From Zootoca vivipara (taxonomy: Eukaryota), in contig NC_083288.1 of the NCBI RefSeq assembly GCF_963506605.1, forward strand, positions 29,264,001 through 29,328,000: a DNA stretch of 64,000 bases, written 5' to 3'. Positions 10,301-23,110 of this stretch are shown piece after piece. The notes under the pieces were generated by a model. That model was given only the letters and a program-made list of their open reading frames with translations, did not search any database and was not told where the DNA came from. A program made the position numbers and the translations under genes. Positions within the stretch are counted from its first letter, which is position 1. Every line of letters starts with the position of its first letter.

Positions 10301-12949
10301 CTATGCAGATGTAAGTCCTGTTGAGTTAAATGAGACTTGCTCCCAGGACAGAATTGCAGAATAAATAATGGACAATTTCAGAATTTGTTTCTTCTCTTTT
10401 CTTCCAATTCAGCTGAATTCCATACTGAAAAACATCCATTTTAACAATGGTGCAGGGCATGAAGTATTGATTGAATATGGAGAAGTTTCAGCTGGCTATG
10501 ATATCATCAACTGGATCATTTTCCACAATTTCTCTGCCATTAAACCCAAGTTTGCAAGTATTTCCCCTAACCATGAGTTCACCCTCACTGGGATAGATGT
10601 TGTGTGGAACGACAGACATAAACAGGTAGGAAAATACTTAGCAGCTTTTAGTCACAGCTGAATGAAAATATGTTACTGCCCAGATGCTGCAGCACTGTTG
10701 CCCATGCGTTTTAGAGGTAAGATTAATCTTCTTGGAAGTAGGGACAGAGCAGAAATCCACAGAACGTGCATTCCAAACAGGACTCAGCTGATTCAATCTG
10801 GGTGGATCATGAGCCAAAATGGATCATGAATCCTGTAAATCTGCAGTCCTATGAGTCCCTAGTTTTGTTTGTTTCTACCCAGTTGCTCGCAGGAACCACA
10901 AGTGCACTGGGCATCTTTCCTATGTGTGCTTTAAATAGAGCAAGTCTCCCAACAGCAATGGGACTTGATGGTGTTCTGCTGCTCTCAGACTCAAGTGTAG
11001 TGTGAAAACATGACTGTGTACACAAACACTCTATTGTAGTCAAGACTGCAAGAAACCCCAAAATCTGCACATCCTCCTGAAATTACTCTTCAATCATCAT
11101 ATAAATCCCTGAGCCATTGATGGTTGTTTGTCCATCCCCACTGATATTTCTCCTGAAAATGTAGTGTCAGAAGTTCTCGGGTTATCAGGTAGAATGGAAA
11201 TATAGCTGTATTTCTATGGAAATTTGAATGTGACATAATATCCGTTTTCTAATCATTAGATACCACCAAGTTCTAGGTGTGTTGAGAGCTGTCACCATGG
11301 ACAGCAAAGGATGGTTCAAGAAGGGAAACCAAGTTGTTGTTATGGCTGTAATCCGTGCCCAGAAGACATGTTTTCTAATGAGACAGGTAGGTGATATAAC
11401 AGACTGAGAGGAGGTATAATAGCCAACCCAAATATCTAAAGGGCTGTAATATGGAAGCAGCAGCAGCAAAGTTGTTTTCTCCTTTCCCAGAGGGTAGTAC
11501 CCAAACCAATGTCTTCGAGTTACATGAAAAGAGACTCCAGCTTAACAAGCTGTCTGACAATGGAATGAACTCTCGTTCCTTGGAGGTTTTTATGCAGAGA
11601 TTGGTTGGTCATCTGTCGTGGATGCTTTAGTTGAGATTCCTGCATTGCAAGGGGTTGGGCTAGATGATGCTCATGGTTCTTTCCGTCTCTACAATAATAT
11701 AAACTTAATTCTATAATTACAGGAGCTGAGTGTAATTAAATATGTACATGAAAGGGAAATATCTTCAAAGAAATTGATCACACATGTTTAGGTGCACTTA
11801 TGCCCGCTAGTGACTAAAAGTTCTATCCTATCCATGGATATTCAGAATAAAATTTTAATATGTTTCAGGAACTTACCACTAGACAAAGTTTGTATAACTT
11901 GGACTGGAAGCATCTTCTTTCAGTTAGATGTGAAATGGGAAGTCATTATTATCCAGCATTAAATTGACACACCTTCAGCGTTATGCAAACTAATAGAGGT
12001 ATAGCAATTGCAACACTTACTGACACTTTCTTGGTCCCTTTCAGATGCAGTCCATTGTCTTAAATGCCCAGAAGATCAATATCCAAATAGGAACAAAACC
12101 AAATGTATTCAAAAGGTTCTGAGCTTCCTTGCCTATCACGAGCCCTTGGGCATTGTATTGGTTGTCCTTGCTATCTTTTTTGCTGCATTAACAGTTTTGG
12201 TAATACACATTTTTCTAAAAAGCTGGACTACTCCTATTGTCAAAGCCAACAACCGGAACCTCACCTGTGTTCTGCTTGCCTCCATCTTGCTTTGCTACCT
12301 TTCTTCCCTTCTCTTCATTGGCAAGCCTGGGAAGCTGGGCTGCTTGCTCCGCCAAACAGCATTTGGCATCATTTTCTCTGTTGTAGTTTCTTGTGTGTTG
12401 GCAAAAACCATCATGGTGGTCTTGGCCTTCCTGGCCACAAAGCCAGGCAACAGCATGAGGAAATGGCTAGGGCAGAAAGTAGTCACCTCTATTGTTCTTT
12501 TTTGCTCGCTCATTCAAGTGGGTATTTGCATTGTGTGGCTGTTAACTTCTCCTCCCATCCCCAATGCTGACATGCACTCACAGGCTGGACATATTATATT
12601 GGAATGTAATGAAGGTTCCATCACCATGTTCTACTGTGTCTTGGGCTACTTGGGCTTTCTGGCCATGATCAGCTTCACTGTAGCCTTCCTGGCCAGGAAA
12701 CTGCCAGATACATTCAACGAAGCCAAGTTCATCACTTTCAGTATGCTGGTGTTTTGCAGTGTTTGGATCTCCTTCATTCCAGGTTACTTGAGCACCAAGG
12801 GGAAATACATAGTGGCTGTAGAAGTTTTTGCCATCTTGGCCTCCAACACTGGCCTCTTGCTTTGCATATTTCTTCCAAAATGCTACATCATTGTTCTAAG
12901 ACCTGATCTGAACACAAGAAAGGTCCTAATTGAAAAAAAGAGTTATTAA
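7096..12949 (+). CDS. Vomeronasal type-2 receptor (class C GPCR), complete 6-exon gene, ~876 aa
   Basis: Exons 7096-7352, 8019-8319, 8563-9390, 10413-10625, 11260-11386 and 12045-12949. All introns are GT-AG with phases 2,0,0,0,1 and the exons join in frame (2631 nt). Signal peptide, Venus-flytrap domain, Cys-rich domain and 7TM are present. The start ATG is inferred. Confidence 0.93.
8019..8319 (+). CDS. V2R exon 2
   Basis: [28 protein letters not shown]...KIPQ|gtatga. Confidence 0.93.
8563..9390 (+). CDS. V2R exon 3
   Basis: [41 protein letters not shown]|gtaaat. Confidence 0.95.
9555..9860 (-). mobile_element. Squam3-type tRNA-derived SINE with expanded (CTT)n tail, in V2R intron 3
   Basis: Minus-strand head GAGAGCCAATGTGGTGTAGTGGTTAAGAGC, B-box GGTTCGATTCC; (AAG)n at 9555-9635; same family as 22879-23099. 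Confidence 0.85.
10413..10625 (+). CDS. V2R exon 4
   Basis: cag|[23 protein letters not shown]|gtagga. Confidence 0.93.
11260..11386 (+). CDS. V2R exon 5 (Cys-rich domain; not in the ORF track)
   Basis: tag|[42 protein letters not shown] g|gtaggt; 127 bp. Confidence 0.93.
11553..11720 (+). mobile_element. CR1 LINE 3'-end fragment in V2R intron 5
   Basis: TTGGAGGTTTTT..GATTCCTGCATTGCAAGGGGTTGGGCTAGATG..ATTCTA, typical of a CR1 3' UTR. Confidence 0.7.
12045..12949 (+). CDS. V2R exon 6 (7TM domain)
   Basis: [58 protein letters not shown]; AATAAA at ~13016. Confidence 0.97.
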
Positions 12950-13354
12950 CCCTAAGTGTAACCTCTTATTAATTGACTTTCTGTTCATTGCAGGACTGAT
13001 ATCATATCACAAAAAAATAAATAAATCAGAGATTGGCTACTGTTTGAGACAAATCTCAAATTTCAATGTTGTATGAGTCAAACCTTATTTCCATTGGGCA
13101 GATTGCCATCATTTTCATTGGGATGATCATAATATATTTTTCAAACATCTCCTTGTAATAGAGCAGAAAATGGCAACTACACTGGCTTGGTGTAGCTTTA
13201 CAAAAATTAATCCCCCCCCCCTTGAAGTGCAATAGAGGGGTATTGATTTGAAACTCTCATTCCAGCCAACCAATCAGCCCCTTCTAAAATTCAGGTCTGA
13301 ACTTTCAGTTTCAAAAATTCAGTCCCCTACTGGTATATTTATCTGTTCACATTA

Positions 13355-14104
13355 TCTATATATATACAAAAATGTAAAATGTCCATGTTTGTGTACGATG
13401 ACTTTTCTTCGAAACCGCTTGACCGATTGCGTTCAGAGTTTGACATGTTTCATTCCAATATGTGAGTGTTTGTATAATCTTAGATTATACAGATGTCACA
13501 CCTGTCACAGGTAAAAACATGATTTTGTCTTAAAAAACATAGTGCCCTCCAGTGGTCATCAAAGGAACAGGCACCATATCCTTTTGTGTAGCAATAGCGC
13601 CATCTGTTGAACATGAAAGATGCCTCAGGGAACATGGGGGGGGGGAGAAAACAATGTTCCCACACTCCTGCCCCCTCCTCCTCCCTCACCAGATCCATAG
13701 CTGCCTGGGGGAGAGGGAGGGAGGGAGGGAGGTCACACCTCACCACCCACCCGCAGCTGCCACTGCCGCCAACACCACCGCCGCTAATGGCAGGAAGGGC
13801 AGGCTGGACCTCGCAGCTCCCATGCTGACACCGCGACAGCCAGGCCAGGCTGGGAGACCGCCAGACAGGCCAGGAGGCATATCCTCACATATCCTCACCA
13901 GGCAGAGAGGGAGGCCGCCAGACAGGCTGGGAGGCAGGCCAGGCCTTGCCTCCGCTCAGGTCCCATGCCAATGCCACGAGAGCTGGGCTGGGCCTTGCCT
14001 ATCCTCACCGGGCAGACAGGGAGGCTGCCAGGCAGGCCGACACCATGAGAGCCAGGCCGGGGAGCCTGACTGAGCCACAGCAATGTGTGGCCAGGTATAG
14101 CTAG
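13355..14104 (+). mobile_element. Non-autonomous Helitron
   Basis: Inserted between A and T; 5' TCTATATAT; subterminal hairpin GCCACA-GCAATG-TGTGGC (14074-14091); 3' CTAG; no TSD. Confidence 0.8.
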
Positions 14105-14784
14105 TATTTAATGAAATGCATGTGATGCATTTGCAAATTTATATTGCACTTCGTGTGAGGCTGTCCGTGGGCTTGTTCTGGAAGCTCCAACTGGTGCTTA
14201 ATGCAGCAGCTAGACTGCTGATTGGGGCAGACACCTGTGGAAAACCACTCCTTGGTGCTCAAGCAGAGCAAACAACATTTTGGAGTTTCTCCAGATTGAA
14301 GTTTGCTCCAGTTTAGAGCTAAAAAATGGTTTTTTTAGTGGAGCAAGGGGAAACTACTCAGACCCATAATTCTAGGCACAGGACATGTGGAAGAGCCTTT
14401 AATATTGATTCAATCCATAATAATTGAACATTTTGTACTTTAAAAAAAGAATATGAAATTCTTAATCTCTGGATAGCAGTTTTTTAATTGCTTCCCAGAG
14501 GTTCATTGCATGATTTTAGAAGATGAAATAATTAATACTTTGGATTTCTCAGTGATAATATAAGGAAACCTGCTATCTTTTCATCTTCTTTGCGGACTCA
14601 GAGTATCATGAAATATGGGCCAATGTTGTATTTCTATGGATGAAGTTGAATAGAAACAAGCAGGCAATGTGGTATACATTTTTATCATCCTCATTATTAG
14701 CATTAATTCGGCTTGAATAATTAAATAGTAGTATAACTTTTGATCTTTTGAACACAGATTTTAACACACTGAATATCATATATA

Positions 14785-14802
14785 TCTATATATCTATATC
14801 TA

Positions 14803-14848
<46 letters not shown>
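14785..14848. repeat. (TCTATA)/(TA)n microsatellite
   Basis: Direct reading. Confidence 0.95.
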
Positions 14849-14851
<3 letters not shown>

Positions 14852-16533
14852 TTACAATTAAAGAAAACTTGATGAGAAATACAGAGAAGTTTCCAAATAA
14901 TTGGGTATAGGGAGGGTTTGGTTCCATTAATCTGATATTCTCCTTCTGTTAGAACTTCTACGGGGACATATTTGAAATATCAAAAAATAAGACTCTCACT
15001 GTTTGTCCCTCCACCTTTTTCCTGCTGGGATTTGTAAAGTTAAGCATCAAAAATCCTGCCATGGGAATATGATCTCTTTCTGTATCATCAGATGACTTTT
15101 AGAGATTTTTGTGGAGTTATTAGAGGTAGATTGAAAATTGCTATGATAGAAAATAGGAGCCTGAGGTTGGATACACAAGCTCTGCCCAAAAGTAGCATCA
15201 TAGACCAATTTTGGTTTCTCTCACTTTCTCAGTTCTCCACGTTTCTGCATCAGTTTCCATTAAGAAAGATCTCTTGAAATTTTATCACCACTTTAGTGTG
15301 CATTTCTCCTAGTATAAACAATTGTATGTGAAACTTCGCTCAATATACTTCTTTTATAATGTATTTTATGCTATTTTCACTAATATATGCATTCTCATGC
15401 ACTATTGCTATAGTAAATGCTTTTTTTTGCAAATGGCACTTGACTGATTAACTGCATTGTGAAATTCAAAAACATGTGAATTATGAAGGATGGTTGTGTT
15501 TCAGTTTGATATAGTTTTGGGAAATGTGAATTAGGTACATTTGCTTTGAACATGAACTGAATTATTCCCCCATCACCACTGCCATTTTAACCACGAGGCT
15601 GGGGCAACATAGCTTTTGTATGCATTTTTAGGTCTGGGTTGTAAAACATTTAGTACATAAATACTATTTCTTTGGCAAGTGGAGTTTTAGACTCTGCTGG
15701 TTCTGGCTGTATTGCTCCACTCAACAACTCATCAGGAATTAAGCAGAATGTTGTAGGGAGGGGGAAGAGAAACGAAATATTAATAGTGTGTTTCACAACT
15801 GAAGTAACATTCCTGATAATTTAATGAGGACCTCATAACAGCACTACACCCAGAGTCTAAAATTACTCCCTGGGTTTTCCCATACACTTTAACACATGTA
15901 TCTCTTTGATGACGCAAATCATCAATTAGAAACAAGAACTTTCTGTTTTTGAGTTAGAAATGCATTATAAATAAAACATGATTTTTAAAAATGCTTCCTT
16001 AATTTTATAATTTATTTAATTTTATGCTACAGATCCAATGTACAAGATCATCCATCAATACTGAAGAATTTGGTTTCAAAAATATATCAGCTGACCTCCG
16101 CATAAGGACATAAGAAGAGTCTTATTGGTTCAAAATATGAGTTCATCAAATTTGGCATTGAGTTCCTGGTTGGACATTCAATAATAACAACCTCATTTCT
16201 CTTCTGAGATACAAAGAAGCTGACTGAGAAAGCACCCAGAAATCAATGGGGAAGGGATATTGAAGATAGGGTAGGGGTTGATTGCTGGTGGGAGATTTTC
16301 CATTATACTCAATGGGAGCAAAGCAGAGTTTCAGATTTCATATAACATTTTGCTCCAAATAACAGAACACAGAATCAGAACAATGTTTTTGGCTGCAGCA
16401 CCAATCAGGCTGCTTCCAAATGCTATAAATATGGATTCAGAGTGAATCTTGTGGTTGCTGCACATGCCTAATGAACCACTCTCTTTCTTTCTTTTCCTAT
16501 ATTTTAATAATATAATCTTTACTATATAATAGA

Positions 16534-17490
16534 ATGCATGAAAATATGGAGAAATATAATAAGACTATTGTGACTGAATTCATCCTTTTGGGATTTGAGA
16601 CAATCCACTCTGTTGAGATACTGATCTTCATTTCCTTCCTTGTTATATATGCATTGACCATTGCTGGTAATGTTACATTAATTGCACTAGTACTGGCCAA
16701 TCCCCATCTTCAATTGCCTATGTATATTTTCTTAATTAACCTTTCATTCCTGGAACTCATAATCACATCAACTGTCATGCCTAAAATGCTAATAAATTTT
16801 ATCACGGGGAAGAAGACCATCTCCTTTGTGGGCTGCCTCACTCAGTCATACTTCTATTTCCTCATGGGCTCAACAGAATTCTTCATTCTGACTGTAATGT
16901 CATTTGATCGCTATGTTGCAATATGCTACCCATTGCGCTATGCATCCATCATGAACAGCAATGCCTGTTTCCAGCTCCTTTTGGGATCATGGATTGGTGG
17001 CTTCCTGATTATTCTAGTTCCCAGCATTGTAACAGCTGGCCTTCCATTCTGTGGCCCAAATATAGTCAACCACTTCTTCTGTGACAGCGCCCCCTTGCTC
17101 AAGCTTGTCTGTGCTGACACATCATTGGCTGAAAAGGTTGATTTTGGGACATCTTGCATATTGCTTCTGGGTTCCCTTCTTATAACAGTTGTGTCCTATA
17201 TTTATATTATTGTTGCTGTCTTGAAGATACCATCAACACAAGGTCGACAGAAGGCTTTCTCGACCTGTGTTTCTCATATCACTGTGGTATCATTGTATTA
17301 CGAGAGCTCAATTGTCATTTATGTACGTCCGACCAAAGGGAATGTTCTGGATTTCAACAAAATAGGCACAGTACTGAACACAATAGTGACACCCATGCTA
17401 AACCCTTTCATATACTGTCTCAGGAATGAAAAGGTGAAGGATTGCCTGAGACTTTCATTCAGTAAAATCATAATGTTTCTTAAGAAATGA
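16534..17490 (+). CDS. Olfactory receptor, family 6-like, intact, 318 aa (alternative ATG at 16546)
   Basis: STEFFILTVMSFDRYVAICYPLRY, NHFFCD, KAFSTCVSH and PMLNPFIY motifs. Confidence 0.96.
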   Translation: MHENMEKYNKTIVTEFILLGFETIHSVEILIFISFLVIYALTIAGNVTLIALVLANPHLQLPMYIFLINLSFLELIITSTVMPKMLINFITGKKTISFVGCLTQSYFYFLMGSTEFFILTVMSFDRYVAICYPLRYASIMNSNACFQLLLGSWIGGFLIILVPSIVTAGLPFCGPNIVNHFFCDSAPLLKLVCADTSLAEKVDFGTSCILLLGSLLITVVSYIYIIVAVLKIPSTQGRQKAFSTCVSHITVVSLYYESSIVIYVRPTKGNVLDFNKIGTVLNTIVTPMLNPFIYCLRNEKVKDCLRLSFSKIIMFLKK

Positions 17491-18439
17491 ATGTTGCAGG
17501 ATATTCCATCAATTGGAGTTTCAGGATTCTTTCATTTAAATGGGAGAGAGTCAATATAAGACAGCATGTAGTATGTTGGACATAGGTCATGAAGACCAGA
17601 TTCAAATCTCCACCTAGACAGAGAAATAACTTGGGTTCCTTAATTTCTGTTACTCTTGCCTACTTCTGAAGGTTGTTGCAAAGATGAAATGTCGTTAACC
17701 ATGTACGTGCACCTTCCCACTGTGTGTAACCTGGAAGAAGTTTGAAAGTGGACATTTTTGTTAAAAAAAGGAATAAATAAATAGGTGCTTATACTCCTCT
17801 GCTTCAATGGAATTAAAGTGGCTAAATTTGACTGACTCATGTCTTTTGTGATTTAAAGGGGAGGGTTTGGGGGGCATATTTTAATCTAAGTCTTTTTTAT
17901 TTACTAGAGTTACACACCAGCTCTTCATTTTGGTGCTAATTATAAGTGTTTTAAATAAAAGTAAAAGCCTTAAAGTATTGTGATCTTTTGCAACCTCAAG
18001 GCCAAATCAAGAGACAGGAACGAAAGCTGGGTTGAACCTGGACTGCCTTATTTAAACCCATAACAAAGCTCCTGCTAGAGGGAAGCAACAAACATAACTT
18101 CCTCTCAGATAAGCAAGCAAAATTGGATTTTGCACAGTTTTGTGGGTATAGTCTTATTTTCCCAACTCAGTATCTTTGTATATGTTGCTAGACTCCAGCT
18201 CTCTGACCATTGGACATGCTGGCTAGAGCTTACTGGAGTGGGTAACCAACAAGATCAGAAGGGTGCCAGGGGTAATGAAAGAAATGGGTAATGATTTGTG
18301 GACTTGAGCCAATAAGTTAAATCATGGCACTGATATATTCTGTATAAGTGTGGAGCTGGCAAAGAAGTATCCTTAATTTTAAAAGAGCATTATATTATGT
18401 CAAAACTCATCGAGGTGCAACTGTGTGGCTCTGTGCATT

Positions 18440-18623
18440 CTCACAGGAAGTTCCATTTTTCATATCAGCACACCTGAGAATTATCATAAAATACAAAGGG
18501 AGAGGGAACCTTTAAAAATATATGCACTTGTTAATGAAGTCCCTTGAGGTCCAAGGCAAAAATCCTGAAAGCAATAACTTGGGTATTTGGGAAAGCTCAG
18601 TGCTGCTCTCTAAAAAGGTAAGA
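18440..18623 (+). promoter_or_regulatory. Candidate OR promoter and non-coding first exon with adjacent homeodomain and O/E (Ebf) sites
   Basis: TAATGA-AG-TCCCTTGAG at 18532-18548; donor aag|gtaaga at 18618; the next + strand OR starts at 23111. Confidence 0.45.
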
Positions 18624-19148
18624 GAATAAGAAGACCACAATGTGCTCAGTGAGTGTTTCCCTACCCCCATAATGCCATCTGAAAACAGTTATTTGTTATT
18701 GAAGACAGCCTCTGCTAACTCCATTGTATGAGGAAGCATTTTAGATTTTAAAACTGTGATGGGTGAACACTGGAATAATGGAATATTTGAGAATGAGTGT
18801 ATTGCATCATTGATCTAGGTCATAGGCTCCTAGATAGGATGTTGGAACCTCTTAGTTGTGTTCCTTGTTCACTTTCAAAACTACCTTTGAGAAGAATATT
18901 GTTGTGAGATGGTTCTTTTTTGGGGGGGGGAGTGGGGTTGGCTGTATGCCTGAGTCCCTTCTAATTCCTGCATCCAACCAGGATCCTATTGCTGGAACGG
19001 ACAGACATGATTCTTGGTAATCACCCCTGAGTATGGGTTATTAAGATAACAAAGGAAGTGGCTCTCACCAGGAGGCACCCTCTCTCAACTATCTGGTAGT
19101 TACAAAGACAAAAACCAGAGTTGAGGTGCGAGAGAGCTACAAGCTAGA

Positions 19149-19235
19149 ACAGGGGTAGGCAGCCTAAGGCCCGGGGGCCAGATGTGACCCAATTGCCTTC
19201 TCAATCCGGCCCGCGGACAGTCCAAGAATCAGCGT
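19149..19235 (+). mobile_element. hAT (Charlie-like) MITE 5' fragment
   Basis: CAGGGGTAGGCAGCCTAAGGCCCGGGGGCC..TCCGGCCCGCGG terminus; no matching second end found. Confidence 0.55.
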
Positions 19236-20355
19236 GCTCTTCCTGCTTCTCACACATTTGTTAAGAAAATGCACAATGGAAACTGAAGTAAAAAGGTTTT
19301 ATATTGTTATGGTCTCTAAAGCTGCTAAAGAAATATGCTGAGCCGAAGCAAACAATCTGAAGTCATAACAAGAGAGATAATTTGTTGGAAGCATGATAGA
19401 GGTGGATTTTAAACTCACCCACTGTGAAGCCACTTCTAAATCTTCTGTGAAGTAGCTGAAACAGGTAAGACCACAGAATATCTCCTTTTTGCTAATTAGA
19501 CAATCACCTGAACCTCAATTTGTCAATTGGAAATTGTAATCTATGGCAAGGATGAAGAACCTGTGCATTCCAGAACAGCTGTTGCTGGCCTGTAGCTGTA
19601 CCACCCCTAACAATTAGTGAGGCAAAGCTGGAGTTGTTGAGAACTGGACACTGGAGAGCCACAGGACCTCTAATCCTGAGCTTGAAATACAAGTTAGGGA
19701 TGATTCTGTATTTCTCATGTTTGGAATCCCAGAGAAAACTGAACCGCCTCTCACAGTTTGCATTAAGATGAGCAAACCAAATTGTGCCGTGCACTGTCTC
19801 TGTGAATGGCCACATTAGCCCAATTTGGTGTTCTCTGGATGTTGATAGACTCTGAACTCTCTTACCATCGGACATGCTGGGCTGATGGAAGTGGGACTCC
19901 AACATTGGAAGGACACCAGGTTGTGAAAATCTGGAGTAAGGATTTGTGGACTGAACCGCTAAATTAAATGATGGCATGAGAAGAAAGTATTAGGTTTCTC
20001 AGGTTTCTTCCAAATATGTATCTCTGTAGTTTCCATCATCAAGTGCGTCAATGCACAATCTTCTCCTTTCCTGGAAGGAAATGTCCTGTGGCCCCTGCTC
20101 CTTCAAGTAGCCTAAGTTATAGTATGACAACAACTTGCCTAATATAGTCTATCAATATTGAGGAACTACTTACACACACAAAGGTGGATTCTTGAAAGGG
20201 CTAGAACTGCCTTTAGGTGGAATGAGTTAGCTGTCTTAGGTGGCACATCTGAGGGGCAGGGAGTGATGGTGAGTGGTTGAAGTGAATAATTTCACACCTG
20301 CCCTGTGCTTTCTAAACTAGTGTACTGTCCTGAGGTGTGGTGATGAACACAGCCT

Positions 20356-20545
20356 AATAATAATAATAATATTTATTTATACCCCACCCATCTGGCTGGG
20401 TTTTCCCAGCCACTCTGGGCGGCTTCCAACAGACATTAAAATGCAATAATCTATTAAACATTAAAAGCTTCCCTAAACAGGGCTGCCTTCAGATGTCTCC
20501 TAAAAGTCTGGTGGGAGGGCGTTCCACAGGACGGGTGCCACTACC
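20356..20545 (-). mobile_element. L2 3'-end fragment
   Basis: The reverse complement is roughly 90% similar (by eye) to 22220-22440, including the (TTA)n tail. Confidence 0.85.
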
Positions 20546-20619
20546 ATAACCAGATATGAAATTATTGAATAGACTCCCAGAATGTCAGGCCCCAATGACT
20601 CCCACCTTCGTCATCGGGG

Positions 20620-22426
20620 CCTGATAGGGACCCCAATATCTCCTGCAATGCTTTTGCAAAGTTTTATGCAGATAAAGTTGCTCAGATTCGGAGGGAGGTA
20701 GACTCCACCGTGGGAGCAGGGCCGGGGCGGGAGAGTGCTGGAGCCCTGTCTAGTCATGTTTCATGGGATCAATTTCAATCTGTTACCTCCGAGGATGTGG
20801 ACAGGCTGCTTGGACGAGTGAAACCAACCACGTGTCTCCTTGACCCTTGCCCATCCTGGCTAATAAAAACGAGCTGGGAAGGGCTGGGCGATGGGCTCCG
20901 CGGGGTGGTAAATGCTTCCCTCTATGAGGGAGTATTCCCAGACCTGCTGAAAGAGGCGGTCATTAAACCGCTTCTTAAAAAACCATCTTTAGATGTGGCT
21001 AATATGGCCAATTATCGCCCAGTCTCGAATCTTCCATTCTTGGGCAAGGTGATTGAGTGAGTGGTTGCTGAACAACTCCAGGCACGCCTGGGAGAAGTGG
21101 ACCACTTGGATCCCTTCCAGTCGGGATTCAGGCTTCATCATGGGACTGAAACAGCCCTGGTCGTACTGGTTGATGATCTCCGGCGGGCTAGGGACAAAGG
21201 TGAGAGCTGTTTCCTAGTCCTGCTGGATCTCTCAGAGGCTTTTGACACCATCAACCATAACATCCTTCTGGACCGTCTAGAGGGCTTGGGAGCTGGGGGC
21301 ACTGTTATACAGTGGTTCCGCTCCTTCCTCCTGGGCCGTGTTCAGAAAGTGGTGGTGGGGGATGAGTGTTCAGACCCTTGGGCTCTCACTTGTGGGGTGC
21401 CTCAGGGTTCTGTCCTCTCCCCCATGCTTTTTAACATCTACATGCAGCTGCAGGGAGAGATCATCAGGGGGGTTGGGCTGGGTGTTCATCAGTATGCAGA
21501 TGATACCCAGCTCTACCTCTCTTTCAAATCAGAACCAGTGAAGGCAGTGAAGGTCCTGTGTGAGTGCCTGGAGGCGGTTGGAGGATGGATGGCGGCTAAC
21601 AGATTGAGGTTGAATCCTGACAAGACAGAAGTACTGTTCGTGGGGGACAGGAGGCAGGCAGGTGTGGAGGATTCCCTGGTCCTGAATGGGGTAACTGTGC
21701 CCCTGAAGGACCAGGTGCGCAGCCTGGGAGTCATTTTGGACTCACAGCTGTCCATGGAGGCACAGGTCAATTCTGTGTCCAGGGCAGCTGTCTATCAGCT
21801 CCATCTGGTACGCAGGCTGAGACCCTACCTGCCTGCAGACTGTCTCACCAGAGTGGTGCATGCTCTAGTTATCTTCCGCTTGGACTACTGCAATGCGCTC
21901 TACGTGGGGCTACCTTTGAAGGTGACTCGGAAACTACAACTAATCCAGAATGCGGCAGCTAGACTGGTGACTGGGAGCAGCCGCCGAGACCACATAACAC
22001 CAGTCTTGAAAGATTTACATTGGCTCCCAGTACGTTTCCGAGCACAATTCAAAGTGTTGGTGCTGACCTTTAAAGCCCTAAACGGCCTCGGTCCAGTATA
22101 CCTGAAGGTGCGTCTCCACCTCCATCATTCTGCCCGGACACTGAGGTCCAACACCGAGGGCCTTCTGGTGGTTCCCTCGTTGCAAGAAGCCAAGCTGCAG
22201 GGAACTAGGCAGAGGGCCTTCTCGGTGGTGGCGCCTACCCTGTGGAACGTCCTCCCAACAGATGTGAAAGAGGAAAACAACTACCATACTTTTAGAAGAC
22301 ATCTGAAGGCAGCCCTGTTCAGGGAGGCTTTTAATGTTTAATAGATTATTGTGTTTTATTTTTCCGTTGGAAGCCGCCCAGAGTGGCTCGGGAAACCCAG
22401 CCAGATGGGTGGGGTATAAATAATAA

Positions 22427-22478
<52 letters not shown>
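20620..22478 (+). mobile_element. 5'-truncated L2-clade LINE, RT region nearly open
   Basis: NYRPVSNLPFLGK, QSGFR..TETAL, LDLSEAFDT, GVPQGSVLSP, YADDTQLY and LHWLP motifs; one stop at 21058-21060; (TTA)n tail 22425-22478. Confidence 0.93.
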
Positions 22479-22479
<1 letters not shown>

Positions 22480-22707
22480 GTTCATCAACCAAGGTACCAC
22501 TGTAGTGGGTGGTCCAGACCCACTTAAAAATGCCAGTGCTTTAAATAATACTGGAAGGCCTTTTTATTTCACTGCTGTAACTAACATTGACTTTCCCATT
22601 CACGATGAACATTTGATAGAAATAAAGCATGGACATAAAGAATCTTTCTTTTTCCAAATATTTTTGTTATTGTTGAAAAAGTAAATGCTCTCACTATGAA
22701 TATTCCC

Positions 22708-22878
22708 NNNNNNNNNNNNNNNNNNNNNNNNNNNNNNNNNNNNNNNNNNNNNNNNNNNNNNNNNNNNNNNNNNNNNNNNNNNNNNNNNNNNNNNNNNNNN
22801 NNNNNNNNNNNNNNNNNNNNNNNNNNNNNNNNNNNNNNNNNNNNNNNNNNNNNNNNNNNNNNNNNNNNNNNNNNNNNN
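22708..22878. other. Assembly gap (N run)
   Basis: N characters. Confidence 1.
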
Positions 22879-23099
22879 CTGCTTTATCAGTACCCAAAGG
22901 AGTCTCAAAGCAGCTAACATTCTCCTTTCCCTTCCTCCCCCACAACAAACACTCTGTGAGATAGGTGGGGCTGAGAGACTTCAGAGAAGTGTGACTAACC
23001 AAGGTCACCCAGCAGCTGCATGTGGAGGAGCGAAGACGCGAACCCGGTTCCCCAGATTAGGAGTCTACCGCTCTTAACCACTGTACCACACTGGCTCTC
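22879..23099 (-). mobile_element. Squam3-type SINE (tail falls in the gap)
   Basis: Minus-strand GAGAGCCAGTGTGGTACAGTGGTTAAGAGCGGTAGACTC..CCGGGTTCGCG; aligns with 9650-9860. Confidence 0.88.
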
Positions 23100-23110
23100 A
23101 AGGACACCAA

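Noticed and set aside
13480-14083. GC-rich overlapping ORFs (also 35650-36381, 40442-40917, 45045-45500, 49575-50186, 60314-60992)
   Set aside because: Stop-poor frames inside non-autonomous elements with no recognisable domain.
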